A DNA stretch of 64,000 nt from Octopus sinensis. Lineage: Eukaryota. The position numbers and the translations under genes were made by a program. Each line of letters opens with the position of its first letter. Position 1 is the first letter of the stretch. The notes beneath the pieces are model-generated. The model was not told where the DNA came from. It did not search any database and worked only from the letters and a program-made list of their open reading frames with translations. The DNA is taken from contig NC_043003.1 in NCBI RefSeq assembly GCF_006345805.1, positions 75,640,001 to 75,704,000 of the forward strand, given 5' to 3'. Positions 1 through 14,024 of this stretch are shown here, piece after piece.

Positions 1-7
1 TTATTAA

Positions 8-83
<76 letters not shown>

Positions 84-110
84 TAATTAATTAATTTATT
101 TATTTATTTT
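1..110. repeat. (TTA)n microsatellite; (TAA)n tail/target of the adjacent Dong/R4 element
   Basis: Direct repeat seen; abuts the 3' end of a minus-strand R4-clade element. Confidence 0.9.
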
Positions 111-116
111 AATCTG

Positions 117-3100
117 CTAGTTCATTACAACCACTTGCAGAGACAAACCCAGCATCCTTCGGGGGAGTGAATGATAAGAGAGGTTACAGTATGGCTTAAA
201 GCTTAGAGAGGGGAAATGAGAGAGGTAGTAGGGATATATTGTCATGTAATACAACCCACACATTTCAATTGATAGTGTTTTTCTAAGAATGTGGCCAGTA
301 CTTGTCAGCACAATCTTTTGTATTCCTCTCAGAATTGGTTCTCCTGGGATCTTATCTAGATTTTTCTGACATCCCTTCCTTATCATACGTAGGACTCCCA
401 TGATAACAAGAACAGTTCACGTTTAAAGATGTCACGTCTTTCGTATTTTAATTTCCAGGTCCTTATATTTACTTAATTTGTCAAATTCCTTTACAAATTT
501 ATATTTTTTATCAGTGGGAGCACTTACATCTGTTAGTCCACAGATATTTTCTACCCTCTTTTAAATGACTATGTCTGGTCGATTAGCCCCAATCATTCTG
601 TTGGTGTTGACTGGAAAATTCCAGAGAACAGTGACATTTCTAATTTCAACGACTGACTCAAGATGATGTTGATACCAGTAAGCAGGAGTGTTGATTTTGT
701 AGTGTTTACATATTTTCCAATGTAAATAATGTGGCGAGATTTGTATTCATTTTGTGTCAACACAGGACATCCGAAAACTAGATGGTCTATTGTTTCATCA
801 AACGTATCGCAGAATCTGTATTTAGGATCAGGACCGTTTTGGCGAACGTTAGCCTGGTAATTTTTTGTAAGCTAACTATAATCTAATGCCGCAAATATAC
901 GTTCAGTCTCCGCTCTTAGTCTCGACTATTGATGGGTTGTTGCAAAGTGTACATCAGCATTTCGGCTTCAAAGTATATATTATCCGTGCAGAGGCTCCTG
1001 ACTCCATCGGTCCTGAATTTGTTTCTGTCCGTTCTTTCTGGCAGTCTGTTTCATCCGTTTTGCGTGTTTGGTAGCAGTGGTTTCAGGTTCTTCATCTAAT
1101 TCAAGATTAATGCCGAGTTCTCTTGCAAATTTGCAAGCTTCCTTGACAATCGAATTTGCTTTATTCGCTGCATCCACTTCTCTGTACTAGATAAGTTAAT
1201 TGCTAATGTGGACTTCTTATAGCATTCCTCTTCACCCATTACTTCTATGTAGGTACAGATGATTATCTTCTGGTTTTGGGTGGTGCATATTTTAGATGTT
1301 AGAAGTTTTCTTGTCTTAATGCCCTGACGTTGGAATTCTGTAACATTCCAATTGATGATGTTAAAATTATATTGGACCAGTGGAAGTGCGAGGGTGTTAA
1401 TGGCTTCGATGCGATTTTTGGATTTAAGTTTAGATTTTAGTGTCTTACTCTCCTGTAATACTCCTTTCTTATTTTTCCTTCATAGTAGCATGTTGTATAT
1501 CATCTCCTTCGTTTATCCACATGTGTTGATCTTTGCATCCATAAAAATTCCTTTTACAACCTGTTTGAGCTTGTGGAAGGATAGAGTTCTGTTCAAGGTA
1601 TGTGTATATTCTTTCAGTTAGTATCAATCTGAGGATCTTGTACATGGTCTTGAGTCATGTTATTGGTCGTTAGTTCTTTGGATTTTTCCTGTCTTCAGTT
1701 TTGATGGAACGTATGTTGTTCCTTCGGACAACCAGGCAGGTATTTGCTCTGGGTTCTGGATGACATCAGTTAGAGATTCAGCAAAAGGTTGGTGTACTTC
1801 TGTCAAACAATTCAGCAGGAGGTTAGGGATCCGGTCCAGTCCTGGGATTTTCCATTTGTAAGACTTTCCATGAACACATCTTATTTCATCTACTCCTACT
1901 GCCTCCCATTTCTGCTCTTCAACTTCATCCACTCTCACTTTTTCACGTTTCATCCAGTGAGTTTCAGCATTATATTCTTTTTTGTTGCTTTATTTCTTCT
2001 TCCAGAAATCTTCTATTTCCTAAGTCTTAGGAGGCCCCTTTACTTCTATCTTGCTTTTGCTGATTTCCGTATCATACGTCTTTGCTTCCGCCTTGAAGAT
2101 ATTGTTTTGACAATAAAATTTGATTCTTTTGTCACACCTTCTGAGCCGTTGGGCTTTCAGTTGTATTCGTTGTTTCACTATATCTTTGGTTGCCGGGAGG
2201 TTAATAAAATCTTTGATTTTTATTTTTGTTTCACTTTTGTAGCTTGTCTTAACATTTACTCCTCTAGCAAGTTCATCAACAGCTGATACAACCGCCTGCA
2301 AAAATCGATCATTTTTTTCTATAGCTACTTTCCACTTGAGAGGTCTATTGAAATGGTTCGTCCTTTTCTGCATTGTCCTCATATCTAGTTGAGCAGTTAC
2401 AACTTTAGCAGTGGAAGAAATGATGTTATTTAAGGTTTGTAGGTCATTTCCGTTATTTCTTAAGATCTCTCTAACAGAAACGTTATATATGATGATTGTA
2501 TTGTTATTTTTTATACTGTTTGAGAACTTTGGTAGCGGTTCTCTATTGATCATGTCAATAAATTCAGTCTTGCTGAGTTCTTTCATAATATTTTCTCATG
2601 CTTCTATGATCTTTACTTTATTATTCAACTCAAATTCTGTGTTATTATTTATTCTGTTGTTCTTGAGGTAGGTTTAATTCCTCCTCATTTTCCCGCATAT
2701 CTATTCTTTGCTATTCTTTCTTCAACTTCCTCGTTGGAATGTACTGCACGTAAACTGGATTCCCTGCATTTCTAACCTATTTAATCTATATTGTTGCTAT
2801 TTTCGTTTGGTCTACCATGAGGTATTTGTGTCCTAATTTGGCTAATTTCAGCGTCAGTTAACCTTTAATTCTTAATGATATCTCTACGTACGTAACTTAG
2901 TTTATTTTTATCTATATATCTACATACTTCGTTGTCTACTAAGTTTCTCCATGACGTGTATGTTTGTACAGTGGAGTTATTGTTTAGCTTTCGTTGGGCT
3001 GTATAGAAAGCTTTCAGCACATCTCTATAATATTCTCTACCCCATTTGATGCGTTTTGCTATAGGTGGTGATTTTGGTGGTGTCTCTACAGATTTAGAGT

Positions 3101-3500
3101 TAGAGTAATCCTAGTTCTGGTTACCTGGTAGTTACATAATTATGTCGATTGTGACAGTCATATCGCTGAGGCAGTCTAATGTATGTCTCAAATTCCTTCA
3201 ATTTAATGTCTGGACTGTTCGCATCTATCTTTCTGACAGTTTGAACAGTGAAGTCCAAGGGAGTAAGATGTGATCATTTTCAAGCACTGTTGGTGGTTTG
3301 TGTTCGCGCCAGTCTCTATCATGGGACAAGTCCAGTTCTTTTCAAATTGATCAGTGAATATGCTGTGATGCTCTATCATGCCTGTTGAGATATTCAGTAG
3401 GAGCAAGAAGACTGAGTATAGAGACAGCAAGATCGATGATTTCATTTTGTTGTTTACATATATGACAGGTTTTGTTTTTCTAACATCCTTATGAGATTCT
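117..3500 (-). mobile_element. Decayed Dong/R4-clade non-LTR retrotransposon (restriction-like endonuclease), RT core deleted
   Basis: Minus-strand peptides KIPGLDRIPN (KAPGPDGIPN-like), IPAWLSEGTTY, GCKDQH, RIEAINTLALP, degenerate CCHC (FCDTFDETIDHL..GC), ANRPDIVI, KYKDLEI and C-terminal IQKIVLTSTGHILRKTL; (TAA)n tail; many stops and frameshifts. 5' boundary approximate. Confidence 0.85.
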
Positions 3501-3901
3501 GGTGGTCAAGATAAGAATCGGATGTTTCTATCATTTTTCTATTACCTGTGCGAGATAACCTCTACAAACACGGATGCTCTGTAACAGGGTATGCCTGACA
3601 TTTGTCGAGCAACGAAAGTTTTCTGCAATCACTGACCTTTTTTCTCGACCATTGGTTTCTTGTAGCGTATGGAAGAATATGCATGTAAGACTGATTCAAC
3701 ACTGTCTTCTTAGGTTTGAAAGATCACGTAGTCTTCATCTGCCTAGAGGTTTTTACAAAAGAGGATGTGTACTGGACGAGGCAGAAAGAGCTGCAGACCT
3801 TCCTTTTTTGCTAGGCACTCATCAATGATGGAGGACAATGAGAGGAAAAATGCCCAAATGTGTACCTATACGTTCACACATACACACACAAACATATACA
3901 T

Positions 3902-3943
<42 letters not shown>

Positions 3944-3959
3944 CACACACATATGTATG

Positions 3960-4180
3960 TAGCGTAGTTAAGGCTATAGCTTTAATAATGTCTTCCAGAG
4001 TTGCCTCCCTTAGGTATTTCTCATTGATAACAGCTAAGGATCTAGATACCACGATGTCTGGGAAGCCTGATAGATGGCGACCCGGGACACATATATGGTG
4101 TTTTTAACTGTTTACCATACAAGAAAATTATTTCCGCGATAACTGCAAAATAAATACCATTTAGCAGTTGAAATATGACA
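3960..4180. repeat. Unclassified dispersed repeat, second copy at ~32380-32580
   Basis: Colinear similarity (cagagttgcc..ttaggta..ataacag.taagga..cgatgtctgggaa..catatggtgttttta..gttgaaat) in both copies. Confidence 0.7.
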
Positions 4181-4196
4181 CACATATACTGTAACT

Positions 4197-4294
<98 letters not shown>

Positions 4295-6349
4295 ATCTGT
4301 GATATATATATATATATATATGTTTGTGTGTGTGTATGTATGTTTGTATTATGAATGTATGTATGTATGCATGTATGTATGAAGAGAATGTGAATCACCC
4401 GAGAAGTATAACGTTCCATAAGATAGTAAATATAATCCAGCCAAGGGAGGTTTTTGTAACATAAGCAAAGAACATCTACTAATGATTACCGAGAGTCCGT
4501 AAACATTGATAAATAAAGAAATAAACGAAACCTGAGAAATTTTGCCGGACACAATCAGATACCAGTGAATCACCATTCGATATCACTAACCTCTCAGATC
4601 ATAAGAATATTCAAGAGAACAATGGCCTCCATCATAACTCTATTTCATCCATCATGGATTTTATGCTGTCACGTTGTTGGCATTCTGGCATTCTAAACGC
4701 TTTGACAGATGACACTAACATGAATGTGTTTTACTGAAATATTTGTATGGCGTTGACCACAGGATCCAGCTGCAGAAATTATCCAGTCCATAGAATGCAT
4801 AGTTTGATAGATAACTTTGTAGATGTTTTTACATTCAAGAAGCAACATGATCTGATACAAAATATGCCCAGCTCGATCTATTCGCAATGATTCGATCGAA
4901 AAAATATTGTGTCAAACGAGGAAATTTCGTGAGCTTATTCGATTTGAACAAAGTAGCATACTTAAACATTCATATTCTCTTCCATTGGAAGACATCTACG
5001 TCAATGAATTTATATCAGGGATATAGTTATAACTGTTGGCAAAAAAATACCTAACTTGAGTGTTTACATCAGCAATAAATCTGATATGACCTGCATAATA
5101 TGTTCTTGAATACTTATAACCTTCAAACGTTTGGAGATCTTGATATCAACGTCCTTAGCTTCACTACTTTTATAGTTTTACCTTAATTACTACTGCTACG
5201 TTTGGTATCTTTATACAAGAGTTACGAAAATATTTGAACTGTACAAAATTCAACAGCCCCAGTCGTCTACAACGGGGTCTTCTATCACGTACGGATCATC
5301 TGCTACCTCATCCTACGATGAAAAGGCCACTGTAGCTACGTGGTTGACTTTTCTCATAAAATGCAATATCGATGCAATAGGTACACACAAACACACACAC
5401 ATATATATTGCACAAAATAGCTTAAATCAATAGATCAGATTTTAATTTTGAATATTGCAATCCTTCAGCGTGACTGCAATAAAAATATAAGCGTAGCTTA
5501 TAGGTAGCTATGTGTAGAAGAAAGAAGGACGTCAACTGTTGGACCGATTCATGGTTTGTAAAACGGTCAGATACATGTACAACGTTTCCGTAGCTAGGCT
5601 CTAAGATACATGGGCTACACTGTAAAACAGTCAAAAATTACGAAAGCAATGTAATTGTAGTCTTATTTGCATTTAACATTACACTATTAATTAAGATCCA
5701 TTTTATGCGTAAAACAAGTATAATTCTGAGGAATTGAAAACAATTAAAATATTAGACACTATCACAATTAGGGAAATAAGAACTTACACACACACACACT
5801 CACACTATCAAACACACGCGTGTAACATCTTTATATATACGTATCATATTGAGTTTTGTCAGAGAGCAGTACAGTGATGTACGTCGAAAAAATTTTACGA
5901 AGTAACAAAGAAACGAAAATTGAATGTAAAATCTTGCAGTTCTAAAATCCTTAAACTTTCGACATCGTTGTTTTTGTTTTTTTTGGCACGGTCTAGTTTC
6001 TAATATACTTATGCATGCGGCCGTACACATGTATACTAATACATATATGCACACACACATACACACATAAACACGTAAGTCTGTGTCTGTTGGCGCGTGT
6101 GTGTATAATGTACAAATGTGTGAGTGTATTAACAGTCATTTTTTCGTCCGTGTCATTATTATGACTGAGTTCGTGTGGACAGTTTTTTTTTTCTATTCCC
6201 TCCAAGATATCTTGTTTCATCGATTAAAAGATCACAGAAACTAATTATGCTTGTATATATTATTAATTGAGCATTTGTCTTTAAGGAAACATTTACATAA
6301 TTTGCCATTATAACAGTGAACCTTTTCTAACCTCGTTAAGTAACCCCTG

Positions 6350-6810
6350 TTTTCTTTCGGGATAAACAGAACTGGTTATATAAATATTGCAGGAAACTGG
6401 TGCCACAATAAAGTCACGGGTAAATTATAAATTTCTTCAGAGTTTATCATCTACAATTCATATTTACTTTCCTGTTTAGAATTGTATTAGTTTATCTAGA
6501 TATAATTTACCTTCAGTATTCTTCGTTTACATCATATCGAAGTTCCACGGTGTACATACCGTTGAGATCTTAAAATACAATCTTATACAACAGGTTGAAT
6601 TTTGCAGTTGCTAGCGGACTAAAATGAGAATAATAGTATATTATTTTGAAAGCAAAACTGTTTCAATTAAATAATGCAATGCTAAGCAGGAATGATATAT
6701 AAATCGTCGATAATAAACTTTAAAGAAATCAGCAATTTTCCGTTGACTTTATTGCTGCACCAGTTTCCTGTAATATTAATATAACCAGAACATTTTACCC
6801 TGAAGGAAAG
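6350..6810. mobile_element. Long imperfect inverted repeat (MITE-like foldback)
   Basis: 6372-6492 is reverse-complementary to ~6670-6788 (ctggttatataaatattgcaggaaactggtgc / gcaccagtttcctgtaatattaatataaccag). Confidence 0.75.
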
Positions 6811-7871
6811 TAAATTGCTTTTCATGACTAGAAAGTGTACAGTGTTGTAATGAGAAATATTTCATACTGTATTTGTAAGCACACGTACATCCAATAATAT
6901 ATACTACCGCAATTGATGTTGGCGGTTCTACACTTCGCATACTGATCTAACCTTTTATAAAGTACGTGGTTGTAACCTTGTAAGTTTGTAAGTAGATTAC
7001 TTGATATGGTTCCTATTTGAATATTTATGAGAGCAACTCTTGAGCTACATAAATAGCACCATATCATGCGCTGTTATGGTGGTTTCAAGTGGCAACATGT
7101 GCGCATTCTTATAATATGGAGAAAACTGCATAAAGATATTTTATTTAAGAACTGATGATTATAATATAAAGGACTTTACATTATAAACATACCGTAGTGT
7201 GCCAAGCTTTATTCCTGATGCCATTTTGTGTTTCCTAACTCTGTGTGCATTATTTCAGTGTTGATATATTAACATTTTTTTTTCCTTTTGGATTGTTATA
7301 TATCACACTTTAGACAAATATAGACTTGCATTGTGTTTCCATTATATTTTGTGAATACGAGTTTTGGGCTACATAAAAATACATCAATCTAAATGCATTC
7401 GTATGACTGGTTTATGTTACTGCATGTGTGGATTCATACAATATAGTAGTAAGACATACTTTAGTGACGATTGCTATTTATAAATGGGTAGTGGATATTT
7501 GAAGGACTCTCCTCCTGAATCTGCCAGTAGATGCAGAGCTTCATTTGTGATGCGATTTTGCATTTTCAATCTCTTTGAATTTTTTTTTTTCTTTTAGATA
7601 GGCTATAAGGTTTCCTGTTTTTCAACAAGTAATGTGATGTTTTCAGTTCACAAATAGTTTTAGCGTACTGAGTATTATAGCTTCTCGAATGAAATTTTAG
7701 GGTACAGATTGTAGGCGTTGAGAAGCAGGAGCCACTTGAACAACATCAGAATAAATATAATTCAATGAACTCCCCGTATTCTAGTATGGAGGGGTTCTCA
7801 ATGCTGCTAACATTGGAAATGCTACTCACAAATTTATTGAAAGTGAATTTTTGTTACACGTCACCACGATA

Positions 7872-8173
7872 TGTTGTTGTCTGTTCCTTCTCGAGCCATG
7901 TCTGGTCTCATAAGGGCCGGTTTCCTTGACGTATAGGTTCCCCACCTGGACGGGACGCCGGTCCGTCGCAGGTGAGCTGCAAGATGCAGGAGGAAAGAGT
8001 GAGAGAAAGTTGTGGCGAACGAGTCAGCAGAAGTTCGCAATTTCCTTTTGCCAGACCCACGTGGAGCTTAGGTTTTTCGCTCATAAACACACACATCGCC
8101 CGGTCTGAGATTCGAAATCGCGTTCCCTCGACCGAGAGTCCGCTGCACTAACCACTAGGCCATGCGCCTCCAC
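7872..8173 (-). mobile_element. Full-length tRNA-derived SINE with V-domain-like core
   Basis: Head gtggaggcgcaTGGCCTAGTGGttag..ATTTCGAATC (A/B boxes); core cctgcgacggaccggcgtcccgtccagg; (caa)n tail; TSD gtcaccacgata at 7860-7871 and 8174-8185. Confidence 0.85.
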
Positions 8174-8691
8174 GTCACCACGATACACTCACCTGTGCGT
8201 GCAAATGTACACATACCTACACAGACACAAATATAAGTATACATATATACGCGTGTGTGTGTGTGTGTGTGTGTGTGTTTGTGTGTGTGTTTGTATGTGC
8301 ATGTCTATACTTTTATTTTGGTTAGGGAAAATGTCTCTGAGTGTGCTCGTAAAAGCTCCTATGCATCTTGATTTTGGAGACCACCTGTTATTCTGATCTT
8401 CCAGAGTAATGCTAAGAGATGTTCATATGTTCGGAACTCCTTACAACTTAGGATTTACAACCTATCATATTTACACACACAGACTTGTGTGTGTTGTGCT
8501 GTGTTGTGTGTGTTTGTGTGTATGTATGTGTGCGTGCGTCCCTTTCAGAAACTCACTTGAAAATAGTTTAATAATTACTTGTATGAATTTCTCTTGGAAT
8601 TTTGCAAACTGCTCTCCTATTCTGTGTAGTAATAGAATGACAGTATGAAATTTCAAGAGTCTACTGATGGAGAGAATGTTTTAAATATGAT

Positions 8692-8795
<104 letters not shown>

Positions 8796-11376
8796 GCATA
8801 TATATATATATATATGAATCAAAAGTTGCATATGATCTAGAAATGCACACTAAATCTCTACACAATACAATGTTAAATCACTGAAGTCTTTTACACTCTT
8901 ACACAATGAGTAGATAACATATGATAGATCGATGTCCAGCAAGCAACAGAATTATAATAATTTCAGAAGATTAAAATTAAGCACATATTAATAAAGAAGG
9001 AAATTAATTGATCCGTTCCATTGAGCTTCATAAAATATCTCAGAATACATTGAATATGAATTAGTGTGGTATAATATAAAGTCACATTGCCGCGTATTTT
9101 ATGAGGGTGTTTTTAATGGTACATGCACTGATAATAGCTACATTGTTGTTATTGTGCAGTCTCACATCATCCATAACCGAGTAGTCACACAGACAGTCAG
9201 ACGATCGGCGAGACAGGTCATAAAGATTATGCTTCTCATTCACACAACTTCTCTGTTTATCTGAAGATTATTCAGCCTAATTTGATACGTAGTCATGAAT
9301 CGTATAAGGAGGTGACTGTTTGTTTGTACATATCGCACGTCCATCCCTTATTTCAGTTTCTGTTTGTGCATCCACTGATGGCTACAGAAGTGACCGGAAA
9401 GTTAGATGCAATTAGTGTTCAACTGCTTCTTTGCTCCTATTTCAGGTGGTATACATCTGAGCAGAATGTCCTTGTCAATTTGGCTATTGACGATGTAGTT
9501 ATTTCTGAGTGTTGTGCAATGTTTTATGTGACCGGGCTGACGACGAGTGATAGTGTTTTGGCAATGTTGCCGTCGAAGTACGCATGCATTTTTTTTTATA
9601 CACATCTCTTGCTTCGAGGAAGTATTTCATAAAATTGCCGGAACACAGAATGGTGAGTATTCTTGCGACGAAATATGTACACCTCCATTCATTTCAAGTA
9701 ATTTGTATCATTGTGTAGGTTGCCTCCGTTTAACCGCTCATGTGCAGTCTTTGGATTATTTTTAGACAACTCTGAGGATTATTTTTAGACAACTCAGAAC
9801 ATTGTTGAGAAGAGACATAGCATTGTCATAAATATTGTAGATGCAACATATTGGTTTCACAAAATTATCGCTTATTTCTAATGGCCTAAAGATGAAACTG
9901 CGAATTCTCTTAGAAGATTTGTGTGCCATTTTGATTTTTAAAGTGTGTATTCTATTCTATTCTGTAAGAGTGGCGCATATTAATTTTTATCTTCCTTGTA
10001 TGTGTGTTTCCGTGTGTTTGTGTATGTACGTGTGTGTGTGTGTGTTTGTTTTTGTGTGTGTTTGTGCGTGTTTGTCTCTGTGTATATACGTGCGCGTGCG
10101 ATTGACAAAAATTTAATAATATTCACTGTGATGGGAGTTGTATTTGATATTGCTTGGTTGTGCTGATAAAACGGAAGACAGCCCGAGTGTGAATTGGAGC
10201 AATATTTATTAATAGAGTAAATGGTTGTAGATGTTGCGGTATTTGATAGATAGAAATGTTATAATTATGGAGATTGCTTTTATGTTATTCTCTCGATATA
10301 CAATAAGTTATATTATTGTTCCCTTTATTGATCCGGTTTTTATTGTTGTTTATATGTTTGTCATTTATTTTTGATGTTTCCATTGATATTTTCGTGTTGT
10401 TTTTATTGATTTGGGTCGGGTTAGGTCAACTCTGAGCGAAACATAAATATGATCAAAGGCTTCAAACTAAAAACATTGTTCAGAAATATCGTATCCCTTT
10501 TGGGTACTTTGCCTCTATCTCACTGCAGCTTAACAGCTCCAGTTGATTGTATACTGCGTTTAATATTATGACCGCAATGCTGTTTTTCCCGAGTTCTCTT
10601 TTAAAAGCATACAAACGAGAGTTCCTGTATCATCCCCGTCCGTATTAATTTTTATTGCAGAATGTGACATGTAAAGGATCAGCCACTGCTTCAGCCGCAT
10701 TAGTCATACTTATCTGAGAATGCATACAACGTATTTGCACACTGCCCGATCGCACATGATTAACATACTAAAAACACTCAACCTTACATTAACTAATGGC
10801 TTTCGTTTTAAGAAGATGGAGACTTACGTTTAGGCAGGTTTAGCAGCTCTTTAGAATAGGTCGAAATGACCGCGTTCGAGATTACGACATCAAGCATTTT
10901 CTTCATGTTTATACAGATAATGCGAAATACTATTTACCGTGCTTTTTAAGTGCCAACTTAGAAGTTATATAGTACAATTAAGCAACGCATCAAATATGTA
11001 AACAAACCAACACAGTATTCATTTGACACTAGGTACATCATATTTCACATAATCTGAAGCAAAACACTTGATATTGCAGTAAACACTGATTAAACATTTC
11101 AATAGAAACATCTCAGTCAAGTCACATAGAGGCTCGTAGATGATACAACAGACGACCGGTGTTTCGAGTTTTGCAGTTGAGAAGGAGAAACTTATTGAAA
11201 TGGTTGTGTTACAGATTCAATGTTAATTACAGAGACCTCATAATGTTCTTAAGAATATATGAACTGCATCATTCGGTTACAATGTTAAATATATATATAT
11301 ACATACATGTCATACATATAGATCCACATATATACTAATATATATACACATATATACACGTACATATACGTGCATA

Positions 11377-11422
<46 letters not shown>

Positions 11423-11989
11423 GGATGAGAGAAACAGAAAATGAAGTTAGCAAGAATCAATATTCAGCATAACGATCGTTTCGATCCATACTTGCGGGTG
11501 GGATATTGTACAGCTGTGTTGCAGCCACCAGTGAAGGCTGCATCTTATCATGTGTCTCGTTTTAAATCACTTATATATGCATATGCAGATTTGCGTGTGT
11601 GCCTCTGTGTGTATTATACACTTTAAAATTGCTCATAGAAAATGATGAAACTTACAATTAAGTGCACATTGCAATCAAAGCAAACATATGATGTAATGGA
11701 GACCACTGTGTTAGACTTTACCCCAAAATGATCAAGAACCGGACTTTGTGGTACGTAAAATGTGGAACTGTTATTTGTTTACATCTATCTCGTTTGACAC
11801 ACATGGCTTCTGATATTTCTTCTCTCTTAACCATAAAGGTCATTGTTATTTTTAATTTTATTCATAACATGATTTCATATCTAAGATTCTGTTTGATTGC
11901 AAATTTAAAGGCAATTTTAAAATATATTCATTTTCACCATAGGCACGAGACCTGAAATTGTGGGAGATGATGATACAGCGAAAACATCG

Positions 11990-12575
11990 ATCCAAGTACT
12001 CAAATTATGCTTATTTTACCAGGTGTGAAAGGATAAAAGGAGAAAGTAATACAGCTATGTTCAAAAAGCTTCAAATTAAACGAACCACACAGTATGAAGA
12101 ATTATCAAGATATTTCAACAGTATGTTTCCACCGCTGATCGACCTGGACATTGCCGAAAAGTACCAGAGAAAAGATACGGCGAAAAGCTCGTGTACCATC
12201 AGAAGAGTGGCTGTCAAGGCAAACATTAGCCGAACATCGATGTATCGAGTGATGAAAGAGGAGTTGAGAACTCATCTCTACAAGTTGATCTGTCATCATG
12301 AACTCACGCAAGTTTATAAAGCCATGAGACTGGAGAGAAGTCATTAAATCCTGCATCAGATTGCTGAAAATACGCTGTCCAACATGGTGCACACTAACGA
12401 AAAGATATTTGACATCGAACAGACAGTAAACCGCCAGAATGACCGAATTTGTAGTGTATCTGGCTCTGTGAGATACAATCTAAATGTATCTAGCTGGTAA
12501 ACAGACTTCATAACCCAATCGGTTTCGGATTGGGTGGCTGTGACAGCCACTGGAGAGTTTCCCTTCGTTCTTGTT
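11990..12575 (+). mobile_element. Decayed Tc1/mariner superfamily (maT/DD37D-like) transposase fragment
   Basis: IRRVAVKANISRTSMYRVMKEELRTHLYK..HHELT..AMRLER..NEKIFDIEQTVNRQNDRI..WVAVTATG resembles the HTH plus first-D region of maT-type transposases. Confidence 0.75.
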
Positions 12576-12599
12576 TTGCATTCTTGTACCATTTTTGTA

Positions 12600-12946
12600 T
12601 TTTATATACAAGAAATAGTCCCCAGGACTTATTCTTCGTAAGCCTAGTACTTTGTAACACTAGTACTTATTTTATCGAACTGCTAAATAACAGGGGCGTA
12701 AATACACAAACATCAGTTCTCAAGCGATGGTGGAAGGACAGACACAAAGACACACTCATAAATATATACATATACATATATGTGATGTGCCTCTTTCAGT
12801 TTCCGTCTACTAAATCCACCCACAAGGTTTTGGTCGACTTGTGGCTATTGTAGAAGACAATTGCTTAAGGTGGCCTACAGTGGGACTGGACCCGGAAACA
12901 TGTGGTTGATAAGCAAGCTTCTAACCACATAGCCTCACATGCGCCT
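12600..12946 (-). mobile_element. tRNA-derived SINE (family A, internal TA/TG tract)
   Basis: Head aggcgc..gctatgtggttagaagcttgcttatcaaccacatg..ccgggtccagtcccactg; body homologous to copies at 17101, 40600, 45340 and 46110. Confidence 0.8.
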
Positions 12947-13333
12947 ACACACACACACATACATACACATACACGCACACACATATATATTATGCAGCTT
13001 GACTTTGAATATAATACATTCTGTTTAACTTTTCATCTCATTTGAACGCTATTTAATTTTTAATTACACGTTCAGCAATTAAAGTGTGCAATGCTTCGTG
13101 TCCATGATTTTAGCTAAGCTCGATGGAGCCGTTGATAATATAATTGCTATATAATGACACGCTATTCAACACGCGCACACACACACATCCAAGCACGTGG
13201 ACGCGCACGCATAAGCAGCACAGCGCATACTTATACATACACATGTATAAGTGTATGCAACTCCCTGTAATTAACTCCCTCGCTTTTACTTTCTTTTCTC
13301 TCTCACTTTTTGTCTCTCTCTCTCTTTCTCTCC

Positions 13334-13370
<37 letters not shown>

Positions 13371-13410
13371 CATATATGTATGTATATATATAAATATATT
13401 TATATATATA

Positions 13411-13462
<52 letters not shown>

Positions 13463-13491
13463 TATATATAATATATATATATATATATGTA

Positions 13492-13532
<41 letters not shown>

Positions 13533-13554
13533 TATATATTATATATATGTATGC

Positions 13555-13607
<53 letters not shown>

Positions 13608-13725
13608 ATATGTATGTATAAACACGCATACGTGGTCATACATTTACACACGCATAAGTATGCATGTGTATACGTATATATAAGTCTGTTTATATACATA
13701 TATGTGTGTGCGTTTGTGTGTGTGT

Positions 13726-13762
<37 letters not shown>

Positions 13763-13800
13763 TGTGTGTGTGTGTCTGTGTGTGTGTGTGTGTGTGTGTG

Positions 13801-14024
13801 TATAAAATAAAAAATGCGACAAGAACGCAAAAGATCCAGACAGCTAGGTGGTACAAAAGAGGAACAACAAAACATCCAGACAGAGGATACAAAGAAAACA
13901 ATGACGGGTCATTCAGAGTTTTCTCTCCTCAGTCGTGTTCCAGATTATCTTTGCAAGTCTTTCTTTTGTATAACCTAACTGTCTGGATGTTTTGCGTTCT
14001 TGTCCCATTTTTGTATTTTGTATA
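13801..14024. mobile_element. Palindromic microsatellite-embedded element (Penelope-type end, inferred)
   Basis: ~60 bp arms at 13801-13860 and 13962-14024; flanked by (GT)n and (TA)n. Confidence 0.7.

Noticed and set aside
4385-5345. Unique, coding-like composition with short ORFs (e.g. CKNIYKVIYQTMHSMDWII)
   Set aside because: Stops in all frames examined and no recognisable motif; needs BLASTX
8095-8173. tRNA gene
   Set aside because: A/B boxes belong to a SINE head with body, tail and TSD; no full cloverleaf
13110-13900. Long ORFs rich in YI/HT/CV dipeptides (also near 15-17, 21, 33, 44, 51, 54 and 63 kb)
   Set aside because: Translations of (TA)n/(CA)n/(TATC)n microsatellites, which lack stop codons; no coding signal
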